From Nakamurella sp. (GTDB taxonomy: Bacteria > Actinomycetota > Actinomycetes > Mycobacteriales > Nakamurellaceae): a stretch of 64,000 nucleotides of DNA. This document shows, piece by piece, positions 19,629 through 31,190 of this stretch. Position 1 is the first letter of the stretch; the number at the start of each line of letters is the position of its first letter. The stretch is from assembly GCA_017848755.1 (NCBI GenBank), contig JAFIHI010000091.1, positions 350 to 64,349 on the forward strand, read 5' to 3'. The position numbers were made by a program, and so were the translations under genes. The notes beneath the pieces are model-generated. The model was not told where the DNA came from. It was given only the letters and a program-made list of their open reading frames with translations, and searched no databases.

Positions 19629-20552
19629 CTATTGTCCCCGGTCCGGTTCGCCGACGGTCTGCGGCCCGGTGCGGGCGCCGTCCGCGCGAGCGGGCGACAT
19701 CCCGGAGCCGTGAGCGCCGTCATATCCGTCGATGGCGCCGCGAAAACCGCGCCAGGCGGTCGTCCGGCGGGTCCACGGCGTCGAAATCGCTTCCACGGCC
19801 ATCACTATCAGGAACGACAGCACGCCGATCGCGGTCAGCAGGAACGTGACGCCGTAGACGACATCGGTCTTGAACGAAGCGTTGACCTTGAGCAATTGGG
19901 TGCCGAGCCCGGGCGTGGGCGTCCCCGTCCACTCCCCGATCACCGCGCCCGTCACGGCGTACGTGGCGCCGATCTTCAGGCCGGAGAACAGCGGGCTGAG
20001 CGTCGCGGGAAGCCGGATCATCAGGAACTCGCGGACCCGCCGCGCCCCGGTCACCCGGGACAGCCGAACCAGGTCCGGATCGACGTGCGCGAGCCCGTCC
20101 AGCACGTTCACCGCGACCGGGAAGAACACGATCCACGCCACGATGATTAGCTTGGGCAGCATGCCGAAGCCGAACAGGATCACCAGCGGCGCCGCGATCG
20201 CCACGATCGGAACCGCTTGCGAGGTAATCAAAGTCGGGAAAATCAGCCGCTGCAGGAACTTCATCGCGGACATGATCACCGCCAGCACGAACCCGAGGGC
20301 CGCGCCGATCAGGAACCCGTAGACCGTCTCTAGCACGGTCTGCATCGTCAGCGGTGCAAGGGTCGACCAGTTCACGCCGATCGCGCGGACAGCCGCCTGC
20401 GGGGTGGGCAGCACGAACGGTTTGAGGTCGAAGATCCAGATGACGATGTTCCAGATGACGGCGATGATCGCGAGGCCGGCGATCGGGAGCGCGAGGAGGC
20501 CGAGGGCGCGAGCGACGCCGCCGCGCCGCGGCCGAGTGGTGGACGTCGTCAT
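19629..20552 (-). CDS. ABC permease (SsuC/TauC type)
   Basis: QAVPIVAIAAPLVILFGFG, EFLMIRLPATLSPLFSGLKI, GAVIGEW. Confidence 0.88.
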   Translation of the reverse strand: MTTSTTRPRRGGVARALGLLALPIAGLAIIAVIWNIVIWIFDLKPFVLPTPQAAVRAIGVNWSTLAPLTMQTVLETVYGFLIGAALGFVLAVIMSAMKFLQRLIFPTLITSQAVPIVAIAAPLVILFGFGMLPKLIIVAWIVFFPVAVNVLDGLAHVDPDLVRLSRVTGARRVREFLMIRLPATLSPLFSGLKIGATYAVTGAVIGEWTGTPTPGLGTQLLKVNASFKTDVVYGVTFLLTAIGVLSFLIVMAVEAISTPWTRRTTAWRGFRGAIDGYDGAHGSGMSPARADGARTGPQTVGEPDRGQ

Positions 20553-21322
20553 CGGGCGGCCCGCCCCGCTTCCGCGTGTCCCAGCGCGGCCTGCACCTCA
20601 CGCTTGATGTCGATGAACATCACCGTCGTCAGTGTGTCGACGGTGCGCGGCCGCGGCAGCCCCACCGGCAACTCGCGCGCGATGCGCCCGGGACGCGCGG
20701 ACATGACGATCACCCGGTCCGCTAGGAAGATCGCCTCGTCCACGTCGTGCGTCACGAACAGGATGGTCGCGTTCAGGTCCCGGCACACCGACAGCAGCCA
20801 CATCTGCATGTCGAACCTGGTCTGCGAGTCGAGGGCGCCGAACGGCTCGTCGAGCAGCAGCACGTCCTGGCCGAGCGCGAGCGTCCGCATGAAGGCGACC
20901 CGCTGCCGCATCCCACCGGACAGTGCGTGCGGATAGTGGTTCAGGAACTGCCCGAGTCCGTAGCGGGACGCGAGCCTTGCCGCCTCCGCGCGGTCGTCCT
21001 GGGTGGCGCCGCGGGTGAGCGACGCACCGAGCACGATATTGCCGATCACCGTCCGCCAGGGCAGCAGCAGATCCTTCTGCAGCATGTATCCCACGTGGCC
21101 GGTTTCGCCGGTGACGTCGACGCCGTCGATCGCGATGCCGCCTTTGGTGGGGCGTTGCAGCCCCGAGATCACGTTGAACAGCGTGGATTTTCCGCACCCG
21201 GACGGGCCGACGATGGACACGAACTCGCCGCGGCCGACGGTCAGCGACACGTCGTCCACCGCGAGAACGTCGCCGAAACGGCAGCTCACGCCCGACGCGG
21301 CGAGTTTCGGAACGTCCGTCAC
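20549..21322 (-). CDS. ABC ATP-binding protein (SsuB/TauB type)
   Basis: GPSGCGKST, LLPWRTV, LSGGMRQRVA, LDEPFGALD, VTHDVDEA. Confidence 0.9.
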   Translation of the reverse strand: MTDVPKLAASGVSCRFGDVLAVDDVSLTVGRGEFVSIVGPSGCGKSTLFNVISGLQRPTKGGIAIDGVDVTGETGHVGYMLQKDLLLPWRTVIGNIVLGASLTRGATQDDRAEAARLASRYGLGQFLNHYPHALSGGMRQRVAFMRTLALGQDVLLLDEPFGALDSQTRFDMQMWLLSVCRDLNATILFVTHDVDEAIFLADRVIVMSARPGRIARELPVGLPRPRTVDTLTTVMFIDIKREVQAALGHAEAGRAAR

Positions 21323-21585
21323 GCGATACCCGATCTCGAAGACGATGGTCGTCGGCAGCGGCCGGGGCAACCAGGCGATACGGCCCACCGGGTGCTGGCC
21401 CGTGGTGCCGCCTTCACGCGCCCCGCGATCATGGTACAAACCAACCGCGTATGACGGGCGGCCGGGCCGTGACCGTCGCAGAGTCCGCGGCGCCGGTGGG
21501 CCATGTCGTGTCCACGGCGTCGAGGGGCCGATTCGGCGACAGCTTGCCCCGGCAGATCGTTCCGGCGGTTCGGCCCTGCAGTGTG

Positions 21586-23097
21586 TCACTGCCCGCCGTC
21601 CTGCCGCCCTGCGGACCACAACAGCATGCCCGCGTAGCTCCGCCAGGGTGCCCAGCGCACCCCGTGGCCGAGCAGGGCCGCCGTCTGCTCGGGAAGGCCA
21701 CACCCGGCGGCGCCGCGACGGACGTCGGCATCGGCCGCCGCAAGCACATCACGGTCCCCCAGCGCACGCAGGATGACGCCCTCGGCCGCCAGCGGGCTCA
21801 GGCCCGCGACACCGACCAGCAGCGCTTCGAGGTCGGTGCGGCGCATGCCCCAATGGGCGACGAGCGGGTCCGCGGTCAATGCCTCGGACAGGCGGACAAC
21901 ACCGTCGACCAGGCCGGCCGGGCCGCGCAACACGGCGCGCCCGTCGGCGGCGATGCGCTGCGGCGTCGGGAACAGCAGCCCCCACGGGGTCGGGTCGCCA
22001 AGTGCGTGCACCAGCCCGCCGAGCATGGTGCGCGCCGTCCGCATCGGTACCTGCGCTTCGACGACGCCGCGGATCAGCGCCTCATCCAGATTCACGGCCC
22101 CGGGCACCCGCATGCCCGGATGCTCCGCCACCAGCGGCGACAGCAGCGAATCCTGGCCGAGTGCATGGGAAATGCGCGCGGGGTCGGCATCCAGATCGAG
22201 CAGGCGCCGCACACGGAAAACCAGCGGCGCGAGGTCGCGCGGGTCGAGGACGCTGAGCTTCGCCATGATCCGCCCGCGGGCATCGACGTCGACGCGCAGG
22301 TGCCCGGCCGCGCGCGGCAGCCGAACCGTTCGGGCATACCAGGTCTCGCCGAACTCCTCGACGTCCGGAAGGGCGCGCTCGGCGAAGAACCGGAAGAGCG
22401 CCGCGGCATCGAACGGCGGGCGCGCGGGGAGGGTGCAGCGCAGGATCAGCGGGCCCGCTTCGCGGATGGACGGTTCCGCACGGCGGCCCCTGGAGCGAAG
22501 CGCGCCGGGCGTCGTCCCATAGAAGCGCTGCATCGTCGCATTGAACTGCCGGACGCTGGTGAATCCGGCCGCGGCGGCGACGTCCTGCATCGGGATCGTC
22601 GTCGATGCCAGCAGCAGCATGGCCAGGTGCGCCCGCAGTGTGCGGGCCACATCGAGCGGCCCGCATCCGGCAACTGACTCCACCGCGCGCAGCACGTGCC
22701 GGGGGGTGACCCCGAGTCGCCGAGCCAGACCGCCCACCCCCGTCCGGTCGATCTCACCGTCCGCGATGAGCCGAAGCGCCCGGCTGCCCAACGCATCGCC
22801 CGACGCCGGTTCGGGCGCGGAATACGTCATATCCGGTCGGCATCGAGGGCACGGCTTCAGCCCGGCGGCATGTGCCGCGGCCGGAACGGGATAGAACGCC
22901 ACCTGCGACGGCCGCGGCGTGCGCACCGCGCATCCCGGTCGGCAGAAGGTTTCGGACATCGGCATGCCCGTGACGAAGTAACCGTCATACCGGCCGTCGT
23001 GGTCCGAGGCGTGCCGGTAGCGCTCGGCGAACACGCGATCGCGCATAGCCACGCGATCCGCGTCGGTGAAGGCCCGCATCGTCTCAGCATCGCACAT
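21586..23097 (-). CDS. alkA: Ada-AlkA bifunctional regulator / 3-methyladenine DNA glycosylase
   Basis: Ada Zn motif FCRPGC...PCPRC, AraC HTH (AGFTSVRQFNATM), AlkA_N (VFRVRRLLDLDADP), WAPWRSYA. Confidence 0.88.
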   Translation of the reverse strand: MCDAETMRAFTDADRVAMRDRVFAERYRHASDHDGRYDGYFVTGMPMSETFCRPGCAVRTPRPSQVAFYPVPAAAHAAGLKPCPRCRPDMTYSAPEPASGDALGSRALRLIADGEIDRTGVGGLARRLGVTPRHVLRAVESVAGCGPLDVARTLRAHLAMLLLASTTIPMQDVAAAAGFTSVRQFNATMQRFYGTTPGALRSRGRRAEPSIREAGPLILRCTLPARPPFDAAALFRFFAERALPDVEEFGETWYARTVRLPRAAGHLRVDVDARGRIMAKLSVLDPRDLAPLVFRVRRLLDLDADPARISHALGQDSLLSPLVAEHPGMRVPGAVNLDEALIRGVVEAQVPMRTARTMLGGLVHALGDPTPWGLLFPTPQRIAADGRAVLRGPAGLVDGVVRLSEALTADPLVAHWGMRRTDLEALLVGVAGLSPLAAEGVILRALGDRDVLAAADADVRRGAAGCGLPEQTAALLGHGVRWAPWRSYAGMLLWSAGRQDGGQ

Positions 23098-23157
23098 CGG
23101 CGAGCAATAGCAGGATTCGGACATCGCACGCGTGACGGTGCTTGATCGATTCGGTAG

Positions 23158-24555
<1,398 letters not shown>

Positions 24556-24572
24556 ATCGATCTGATGATCAC

Positions 24573-24620
24573 GCGGGCCGCGTCGCCGGGATTCCTCCGG
24601 TGCCGCGGCCCGCTGCTTTT
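24573..24620 (+). terminator. Intrinsic terminator after gdhA
   Basis: GCGGGCCGCG (24573-24582) pairs with CGCGGCCCGC (24604-24613), followed by TGCTTTT. Confidence 0.65.
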
Positions 24621-24770
24621 CGGGTATGACGCTCCCTGATATGACGCCGCTCTCGCCCACACCCCTCCGCAGATCCAAGCCGATCATGTTCATACCCGGT
24701 CGCGACGTTTGCGCCGCATAGGGCCAAGCGCGTGACGCCGTCAACTCAGGACAGCGACAGATTGTTAGCC

Positions 24771-25232
24771 CTAGGGGAAGTACAGTGCTGGTGTGGCAGC
24801 GGTGTAGTAGTACGCGTAAAGAGTGCCGTTGTACGCGGCTGTTGAGCCCCGAGCGTAGTAGTAAATACCGTGCCCACACTGGGCGTCAGCGTACCTCAGC
24901 CAGTCATAGTTTTGGTATGAATTATATGTCATCGTCGTTGATGAACAGAGCGCTCCGCCGGAAACTTTGTAAAGGCTGATCTGCGCGCCCATGTAGCCGA
25001 TCGGCACCAGGACGCCATTCGAGTTCGAGACTCGAGCCTCGAAGTACATCTGGGAACCGTCGAGGTGAACATTGGATCGGTTTTCATAATTGTAGCCCGA
25101 GATCGGCCCGTAGTAGTTCCAGGGGCTCACGTCCGCTGCTGCTGGTGAGACCAAGGAGAGCATCCTCGCAGTAACCATCCCAACGATAGCAACCACAGGC
25201 CGCGTCTTGCTTTTCCAGTATGAGCTACTCAT
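24771..25232 (-). CDS. Secreted Tyr-rich hypothetical protein
   Basis: Signal-like N-terminus ending SPAAA-D, two Cys (ALCSS, AQCGH), lower-GC codon usage. Confidence 0.65.
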   Translation of the reverse strand: MSSSYWKSKTRPVVAIVGMVTARMLSLVSPAAADVSPWNYYGPISGYNYENRSNVHLDGSQMYFEARVSNSNGVLVPIGYMGAQISLYKVSGGALCSSTTMTYNSYQNYDWLRYADAQCGHGIYYYARGSTAAYNGTLYAYYYTAATPALYFP

Positions 25233-25675
25233 CGCGACAACCCCGCCTCAATATGAAACTCGCCGATGACGGTCTTACCGTCTTCCGCATACAGAGGCAT
25301 GTCTCTGCCCTGAGCGGCCTGAGCATTGATTGCGGCGACGTCATCCAAAGACTTCGGCTGGGGGCCACGAAGATCGCTTCGCAGAACGTATCCCTCAGCC
25401 CCGTTGGTTCCGACGGCGAGGATTAGGTCAGGCGCCTCATCCGGTGTCCGGGCATAGATTTCGGGGCCAAAGCTCCGTCCGCGTTCGTTGACCGGATAGG
25501 CATGGCGACTCTCGCTAAACGAAGGCTCAGACGAACTAGCCGATGAGGAACCCTGTGAGCCTGTCGTGACATCGGCGTGTGATGAGGTCGGCGGAGAAGC
25601 TGATGCTGCTAACCCAACGCCCCCAACGGCGCAGCAAGCTATAACAACTCCGCCGATCAATAAAGGAAGAATCAC
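25229..25675 (-). CDS. Secreted or anchored hypothetical protein
   Basis: Hydrophobic N-terminus, Ser-rich linker, YPVNERGRSFG...PDLILAVGTNGAEGYV...PLYAEDGKTVIGEF; ATGA overlap with the downstream gene. Confidence 0.65.
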   Translation of the reverse strand: MILPLLIGGVVIACCAVGGVGLAASASPPTSSHADVTTGSQGSSSASSSEPSFSESRHAYPVNERGRSFGPEIYARTPDEAPDLILAVGTNGAEGYVLRSDLRGPQPKSLDDVAAINAQAAQGRDMPLYAEDGKTVIGEFHIEAGLSR

Positions 25676-26090
25676 CCACCAGCGGCTCCCCCGATTCCAC
25701 TCCGGATTGTCCAGTGAGCGGACCCGCCGGAAGCCATCTTGATTCGCCGCGCGGCGCGAATGCCACTTGCGCGAGTACTACCGAGGCAACTCGGCTGACG
25801 GTCCCTTCGTGCGCCAGGGGTTCCAGGCCGCGGTGGCGCCACAGGCGCTCGGCCGCAGTCCCCTGACGATCCTCGCCACGCTCCGACATCCGTTGCCACG
25901 TCACCGATATCGCGACACTCTGCCGCATCGCGGGCACCCGAAAAACTCTTTCGCTACCCACGCAACCACCGGGCGCATCGCGCGTCTGATCGGTGCGGTG
26001 ATCATGCCGCACCGGAGCCTCGCGCCCGCCGCGCGATCCCGGGTACCGCGCCGAACGGCCCGCGGCATCGCCGGGCGAGAGGGAGCCGAT

Positions 26091-27773
26091 GTGAGAAGCA
26101 GCGTCATACTCGCCGCGGCGGTCGCGGCCGTGATCGCGACCGCGACGTTGCTCGCCGGATGCAGCCCCGCGCCCGCCGCCGACGCACACGGGGGCGGCGG
26201 AGGCAATCGCCTTGCGAACGCACAACTCTCGGCCGTCGCGATTCCTTCAGCGGCGGCGACAACCGGTGCGCACCTCGGTGCTGCGCCCGCCGGATCGGCC
26301 GGGCCGCGAGGCATGCGGCCGGGTTCCCGCCCGGCGACATCGAGGTCGGCTGTGCCGGCGCGGACACCGGTAGGGGGGTCCAGGTCGCTGCCCTGCGCGC
26401 GGCCGTCGACCGATTGGAACGAGGTTGTCGCGTCGCGACGGCCGACGGTGGAGGGTTACACGTCGATCGACAGTGCCGTGCCGGGAACGGATGTCGGCCT
26501 GTACATCTCGGCGAGCGCGGCGCGATACCGGATCCAGGCCTACCGCATGGGTTACTACGGTCACGCGCAGGCATGCCTCGTGTGGACGTCCGCCTGGCAA
26601 CCGGGGCGGGTGCAGAAGCGTGTCCGGATCGTCGGGGCGACGAACACGCCGACCGCCCCGTGGAAGACGTCCATGATGATGGCGACCAAGGGCTGGGACC
26701 CGGGGGTGTACCTGCTGCGCATCGACGGCGGCAGTCGCACGGCGCGTACCTTCATGCCGCTGGTGATGCGGTCGCCATCGTTCGCCGGCCGCACCGTGCT
26801 CGTGATGCCGGACACCACCTGGCAGGCCTACAACTCGTGGGGCGGGTACTCGCTGTATGACGGGCCGCACCATAGCTTCAAGAACCGGTCCCGAGCGGTG
26901 CCGTTCGACCGGCCCTATGACGCGAGAACCGGTGCCGCGGACTTCATCCCGTACGAGCTCCCGTTCGTGGCACTCGCCGAGAAGCTCGGCATCCCGCTCG
27001 GCTACGCGAGCGACGTCGACCTGCAGCGCCTCCCGGCCGCATTCCTCCACGCGCGCGCCATCATCTCCGTGGGACACGACGAGTACTACTCCCCGACCAT
27101 GCGCGAAACCCTCACCACGGCACGGGATCACGGCGTGAACCTGGCGTTCTTCGGCAGCAACGAGGTCTATCGCAAGATCCGCTTCGCCGCCACGGCGACC
27201 GGCGCGAACCGGTTGGAGATCAACTACAAGGACGCCACCGATCCGATCAAGACGCCGTCGCTGGTGACGACGCAGTGGCGCGAGGCCCCGTCGAACAATC
27301 CGGAGAGCTCGTTGACCGGCGCCGACTACCGCTGCGCGTCCAACGTCTACTACCCCATGGTCGTGGCCGACCCGACGAACTGGCTGTTCGCAGGCACCGG
27401 TGTGAACGCCGGCACGAAACTGCCGGGGGTGGTAGGCCAGGAATTCGACGGGATCAATATCGGCCGGCCGGTGCCGCGCCCGCTTACCGTGCTCTTCCAC
27501 AGCCCCGTCATCTGCACTCACCGGCCGACGTTCCAGGACAGCACGTACTACACGGCGCCGTCCAGGGCCGGCGTGCTGGATATCGGCGCCTACTACTGGA
27601 ACTGCGCGATCGCCCGGCGCTGCCCGGCGAAGATCGACGGTGCGACCAGCGATATCGTCACGCGGATCACGACCAACTTCTTGACCGCGGCCGCGGCCGG
27701 GCCGCTCGGCACAAAGCACCCGGCCGTCGACAATGTGCGCACGTACTACCCGAGGCCACGCGTCGGTCATTAG
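26091..27773 (+). CDS. Lipoprotein, N,N-dimethylformamidase beta-subunit-like (DUF6605) family
   Basis: GAGGGAG RBS, lipobox LLAGC, TWQAYNSWGGYSLY, VPFDRPY, VGHDEYYS, GVNLAFFGSN. Confidence 0.78.
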   Translation: MRSSVILAAAVAAVIATATLLAGCSPAPAADAHGGGGGNRLANAQLSAVAIPSAAATTGAHLGAAPAGSAGPRGMRPGSRPATSRSAVPARTPVGGSRSLPCARPSTDWNEVVASRRPTVEGYTSIDSAVPGTDVGLYISASAARYRIQAYRMGYYGHAQACLVWTSAWQPGRVQKRVRIVGATNTPTAPWKTSMMMATKGWDPGVYLLRIDGGSRTARTFMPLVMRSPSFAGRTVLVMPDTTWQAYNSWGGYSLYDGPHHSFKNRSRAVPFDRPYDARTGAADFIPYELPFVALAEKLGIPLGYASDVDLQRLPAAFLHARAIISVGHDEYYSPTMRETLTTARDHGVNLAFFGSNEVYRKIRFAATATGANRLEINYKDATDPIKTPSLVTTQWREAPSNNPESSLTGADYRCASNVYYPMVVADPTNWLFAGTGVNAGTKLPGVVGQEFDGINIGRPVPRPLTVLFHSPVICTHRPTFQDSTYYTAPSRAGVLDIGAYYWNCAIARRCPAKIDGATSDIVTRITTNFLTAAAAGPLGTKHPAVDNVRTYYPRPRVGH

Positions 27774-27804
27774 CGGCCTAGGTTCGGCCGAGCCGGAATC
27801 GTGA

Positions 27805-28428
27805 CTATTCGGTAAGTGCCCGGCGCATCATGCCGATGAGCACGTGGACGGTTTCGCCGAGTTCGGCCTCAGTGAGGGGTTGTGTGATGAGCCAGGTGTC
27901 CATCGCCTGCCCCATGCCGAGGGCAACCGCGATCAGGAAGGCGGGTGGCAGGTCGGTGCGTATCGCCCCGAGCTGTTGTCCGACGACAACGGTCTGTACG
28001 AGCCATGGGAGTGCGGTTTGCTCGGCCTCGCGTTGTGCCTTGCGTAGGGCCGGGGATGCCGCACCGGTGAGCCAGTCCCGCAGGAGCGCAGCGGTCTGGG
28101 GTGTGGCGATGAGGAGCCGCATCAACCGTAGATAGTGCCCCTCGAGGATGCGCCAGAAGTCGTCGACGTCTGAGGCGTCTGGAACAGGGATCGGGCCATC
28201 CCGGAAGAGTCGTTCGACCTGTCTGCGGAGGACGTCTGCATAGAGGTCTTCCTTGCTGTCGAAGTAGTAATACATCGCTCCTTTGGAGATCCCGGCGGTG
28301 GCGATGATGCGGTTGATGGACGCGTCGGCGAACCCGTGGGCGGAGAACTCATCGAGTGCGGCGTCGAGGATAGCGTCGCGCTGTTCGGCTGATAGTTGCT
28401 GGAAGCGTGGGCGGGCCATGCAGACCAT
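27805..28428 (-). CDS. TetR/AcrR family regulator
   Basis: ILDAALDEFSAHGFADASINRIIATAGISKGAMYYYFDSKEDL. Confidence 0.92.
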   Translation of the reverse strand: MVCMARPRFQQLSAEQRDAILDAALDEFSAHGFADASINRIIATAGISKGAMYYYFDSKEDLYADVLRRQVERLFRDGPIPVPDASDVDDFWRILEGHYLRLMRLLIATPQTAALLRDWLTGAASPALRKAQREAEQTALPWLVQTVVVGQQLGAIRTDLPPAFLIAVALGMGQAMDTWLITQPLTEAELGETVHVLIGMMRRALTE

Positions 28429-29613
28429 TCAATCGGTCGCCGGTGGCGGGAGGTGGATCGGATCGCGCAGGCTTCGTCCGACCGCGAGGCGTGCGACGAT
28501 AGGAATCCCCATAAGCCCGATGACGGTGTTGCGAAGCAGCAGTTGCATGCGGTTTCGGGGAGCGAAGGCGGCGCCGAGCCCGATCGCTGCGTCCTGCTTC
28601 GCCCGCACGAGCTGCCCCAGCCGGCTCTGATACTGGTGGAAGGCGGTCGTGTAGTCGTTGCCGGCCTCGTGCAGCGCCGCTGCCAGAATGTATGCCTCGA
28701 CCATCGCCAGAGCGGATCCCTGTCCGGCGAGGAGAGACGGACAGGCAGCTGCGTCGCCGACGAGCGCGACGCGGCCCTGTGACCAGGTGGGCATCCGGAT
28801 CTGGCTCGCCCGGTCCATGTAGAACGTGCGTGCATGCGGAAGCTGGTCGAGGATGCGCGGAACCTCCCACCCGGCAGCGCGGAGCCGTTCGTGCAGTATC
28901 GCCTGTTGCGCGGCAACGTCGTCCGGTGGCAACTGGCCATCGTGGCGGAACATGAAGCAGAACATGGTGGAACCGTCCCGAAGGGCCAGCCGCAGCGCCT
29001 GCATGCCCACCTGGGTGCGGGTCACGGCGACGAGTTCGTCGCGTGGCTGGTAGCCATCCAGATTGAACGCAGCGACAGTGATGCCGAGGTAACGTTCGAA
29101 GTCCGCTTCGGGCCCGAACGCGAGAGACCGCACCCGTGAGTGCAAGCCGTCCGCGCCGATGACGAGGTCGAACTCGCGTGCAGCGCCGCTCGCGAACCTG
29201 ACAGCGGCGTGGTCCTCCGTCTCGGTGATCTCGTCGACTGTGTCACCGAAGATCGTCTCCACCTGGCCGTCGAGGGAGTCGTAGATCGCCCGGGCGAGAT
29301 CCGATCGGGCGATGCTGACGTAACGTCCGGCAGCGGCCCCGTCGATCACGCGCAGCGGGTTCAGGTGCGCGATCCGTTTTCCGCTGTTCGATACCTCCCG
29401 CATCTCACGCACGCGATAGCCGTCGGCGATGAGCCGTGGCACCAACCCCATCCGCTCTGCGACCTCGAAACCGGCACCCCAGAAGTCCACGAGGTAACCA
29501 CCCTCACGGAGCGCGGGTGCCCGCTCCACGAGCGTCGGCTCATGCCCGGACCGCAGCAGCCAGTACGCGAGCGTTGGACCGGCGATCCCCGCGCCGACGA
29601 TCAGAATCTTCAT
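28429..29613 (-). CDS. FAD-dependent monooxygenase/oxidoreductase
   Basis: ILIVGAGIAG, LVIGADGLHSRVR, ALVGDAAACPSLLAGQG. Confidence 0.9.
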   Translation of the reverse strand: MKILIVGAGIAGPTLAYWLLRSGHEPTLVERAPALREGGYLVDFWGAGFEVAERMGLVPRLIADGYRVREMREVSNSGKRIAHLNPLRVIDGAAAGRYVSIARSDLARAIYDSLDGQVETIFGDTVDEITETEDHAAVRFASGAAREFDLVIGADGLHSRVRSLAFGPEADFERYLGITVAAFNLDGYQPRDELVAVTRTQVGMQALRLALRDGSTMFCFMFRHDGQLPPDDVAAQQAILHERLRAAGWEVPRILDQLPHARTFYMDRASQIRMPTWSQGRVALVGDAAACPSLLAGQGSALAMVEAYILAAALHEAGNDYTTAFHQYQSRLGQLVRAKQDAAIGLGAAFAPRNRMQLLLRNTVIGLMGIPIVARLAVGRSLRDPIHLPPPATD

Positions 29614-29625
29614 ATCCGCCTTCTT

Positions 29626-29654
29626 TCAGACCATCGGTCGAACCATCGGTCTGA
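29626..29654. promoter_or_regulatory. Probable TetR operator
   Basis: TCAGACCATCGGTCGAACCATCGGTCTGA: tandem ACCATCGGTC units inside TCAGACC/GGTCTGA, just upstream of the monooxygenase-tetR operon. Confidence 0.6.
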
Positions 29655-29772
29655 TTCTATCGCTCCGCTCTCGTCAAGCGGTGGCGCGGACTCGCCACCC
29701 GCTACGACAGACTCGCGATCAACTGCCGCGCGGCCGGGCGGAGCACCCCGCACGCCCCTATGGCTGCGGCGG

Positions 29773-31122
29773 TCAGGATGACGTGGGGGCGGGAACGTCG
29801 TCATCTCCGTGCGCGGACCCAGCCGAATCGTGGCTCGGCAACTCACGCAGGCGCCACAGACGCACGCTCGCCACCGGCAGCACCGAGAGCAACCCCGCCG
29901 TCGCCGCAATCCACAACGTGGCCAGCACGCCGACGTGACTGCCCAGGACGCCGCCGACGAAGGCGCCGATGGGGATGGTGCCCCAGACGATGAAGCGCGC
30001 CGAGGCATTCATGCGGCCGAGCATGGTCGGCGGACACAGCCGCTGCCGGAAGCTCACCGTCGCGATGTTGTAGGCGACAACCATGGCCATGAAACCGATC
30101 TGGCCGACGATGAGCGTCGGCACCGCGGGCAGCACGGAGGCGAGCGGGAAGACGAACGGCATCGGTGCGAAGACCGCGGCGGTGACGATGATCGTCGCGC
30201 CCTCTCCGAGCCACCGGGTGATCGGCGTGACGATGAGCGCCCCGCAGAACCCGCCGACGGCGCCGACGGCTTCGATCAATCCGATGGTGACCGCCGACAG
30301 GTGCAATTCCCGCACCATGTACAGCATGGTGAGCGCATTCGCGGCGCTGCCGGTGAGGTTGCCGATGCCGGTGCAGGCGAGAAGGCGGCGCAGCAGCGGG
30401 TGGCGGAGCACGAAGGCCAGGCCCTCGGCGATCTCGATGCGCAGCGGACGGCGGGTCTCGCGCGCGGGCGGCGTCTCGCGGTACCGGATCCGCCAGAGCG
30501 CGGTGGCGGACGCCAGGTACCCGAGGCCGTTGACGGCGACCACGTCGGCGGCACCCAGGTACTTGATGGCGACGCCGCCGAGCGCTGGCCCTGCCGCTTG
30601 CGACACCGATTGGCTCGCTTGCAGTTTCGCGTTGCCTTCGACGACGTGGCGATGCCCGACGAGGAACGGCAGGTACGACTGGTAGGAGACGTCGAAGAAC
30701 ACCGTCAGCACCCCCACCGCCGTGGCCACGACGGCGAGCTGCGCGAAGGTGAGCCAGCCCAGCCACCACGCCGCGGTGATCGAGAGGAGCAGGATCGCGC
30801 GGCCGAGGTCCACCGAGAGCATCACGGTCCGCTTGCGCCACCGGTCGACCAGCGCGCCCGCCGGCAGGCCGATCAGCAGGAAGCCCAGACCCTGCAGGGT
30901 GCCGAGCAGTCCCATCTGGAAACTGGTCGCGGCGAGTACCGTGACGGCAAGGTATGGAAGGGCGATCCCGCCGAACGAGGCGCCGAGTTGGCTCGCCGTG
31001 TCGCCGATCCAGAGCCGTAGGAAGTCCTGGTGGTGCCAGAGCGGCCCGGCGCCGAGTTTGTGCAGTGCGCGGCGCAATACCCCTTGGGGAGCGGCCGGTT
31101 CGGGCTCGCTGGTCTGCGCCAT
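29773..31122 (-). CDS. MFS transporter (12 TM, H+ antiporter/MFS_3-like)
   Basis: DFLRLWIG, GALVDRWRKR, FFDVSYQSYLP, LGRMNASARF. Confidence 0.9.
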   Translation of the reverse strand: MAQTSEPEPAAPQGVLRRALHKLGAGPLWHHQDFLRLWIGDTASQLGASFGGIALPYLAVTVLAATSFQMGLLGTLQGLGFLLIGLPAGALVDRWRKRTVMLSVDLGRAILLLSITAAWWLGWLTFAQLAVVATAVGVLTVFFDVSYQSYLPFLVGHRHVVEGNAKLQASQSVSQAAGPALGGVAIKYLGAADVVAVNGLGYLASATALWRIRYRETPPARETRRPLRIEIAEGLAFVLRHPLLRRLLACTGIGNLTGSAANALTMLYMVRELHLSAVTIGLIEAVGAVGGFCGALIVTPITRWLGEGATIIVTAAVFAPMPFVFPLASVLPAVPTLIVGQIGFMAMVVAYNIATVSFRQRLCPPTMLGRMNASARFIVWGTIPIGAFVGGVLGSHVGVLATLWIAATAGLLSVLPVASVRLWRLRELPSHDSAGSAHGDDDVPAPTSS

Positions 31123-31134
31123 GGTGACGAGTGT

Positions 31135-31170
31135 GAAACAAGTGATTGGGAAATGTCAATCACTTGTTTC
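31135..31170. promoter_or_regulatory. Perfect 14-bp inverted repeat, probable operator
   Basis: GAAACAAGTGATTG-N8-CAATCACTTGTTTC between the divergent MFS and ArsR-type genes. Confidence 0.75.
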
Positions 31171-31190
31171 CGGGCGCAGCGCGGGCCGCT

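Noticed and set aside
21323-21585. TPP, ZTP or xanthine riboswitch upstream of the NMT1-type ABC operon
   Set aside because: Diagnostic conserved segments were not found; kept only as an unassigned structured leader.
26247-27770. 507-aa minus-strand ORF and many similar Arg/Pro/Ala-rich ORFs across the window
   Set aside because: Alternative-frame or antisense shadows of well-supported genes.
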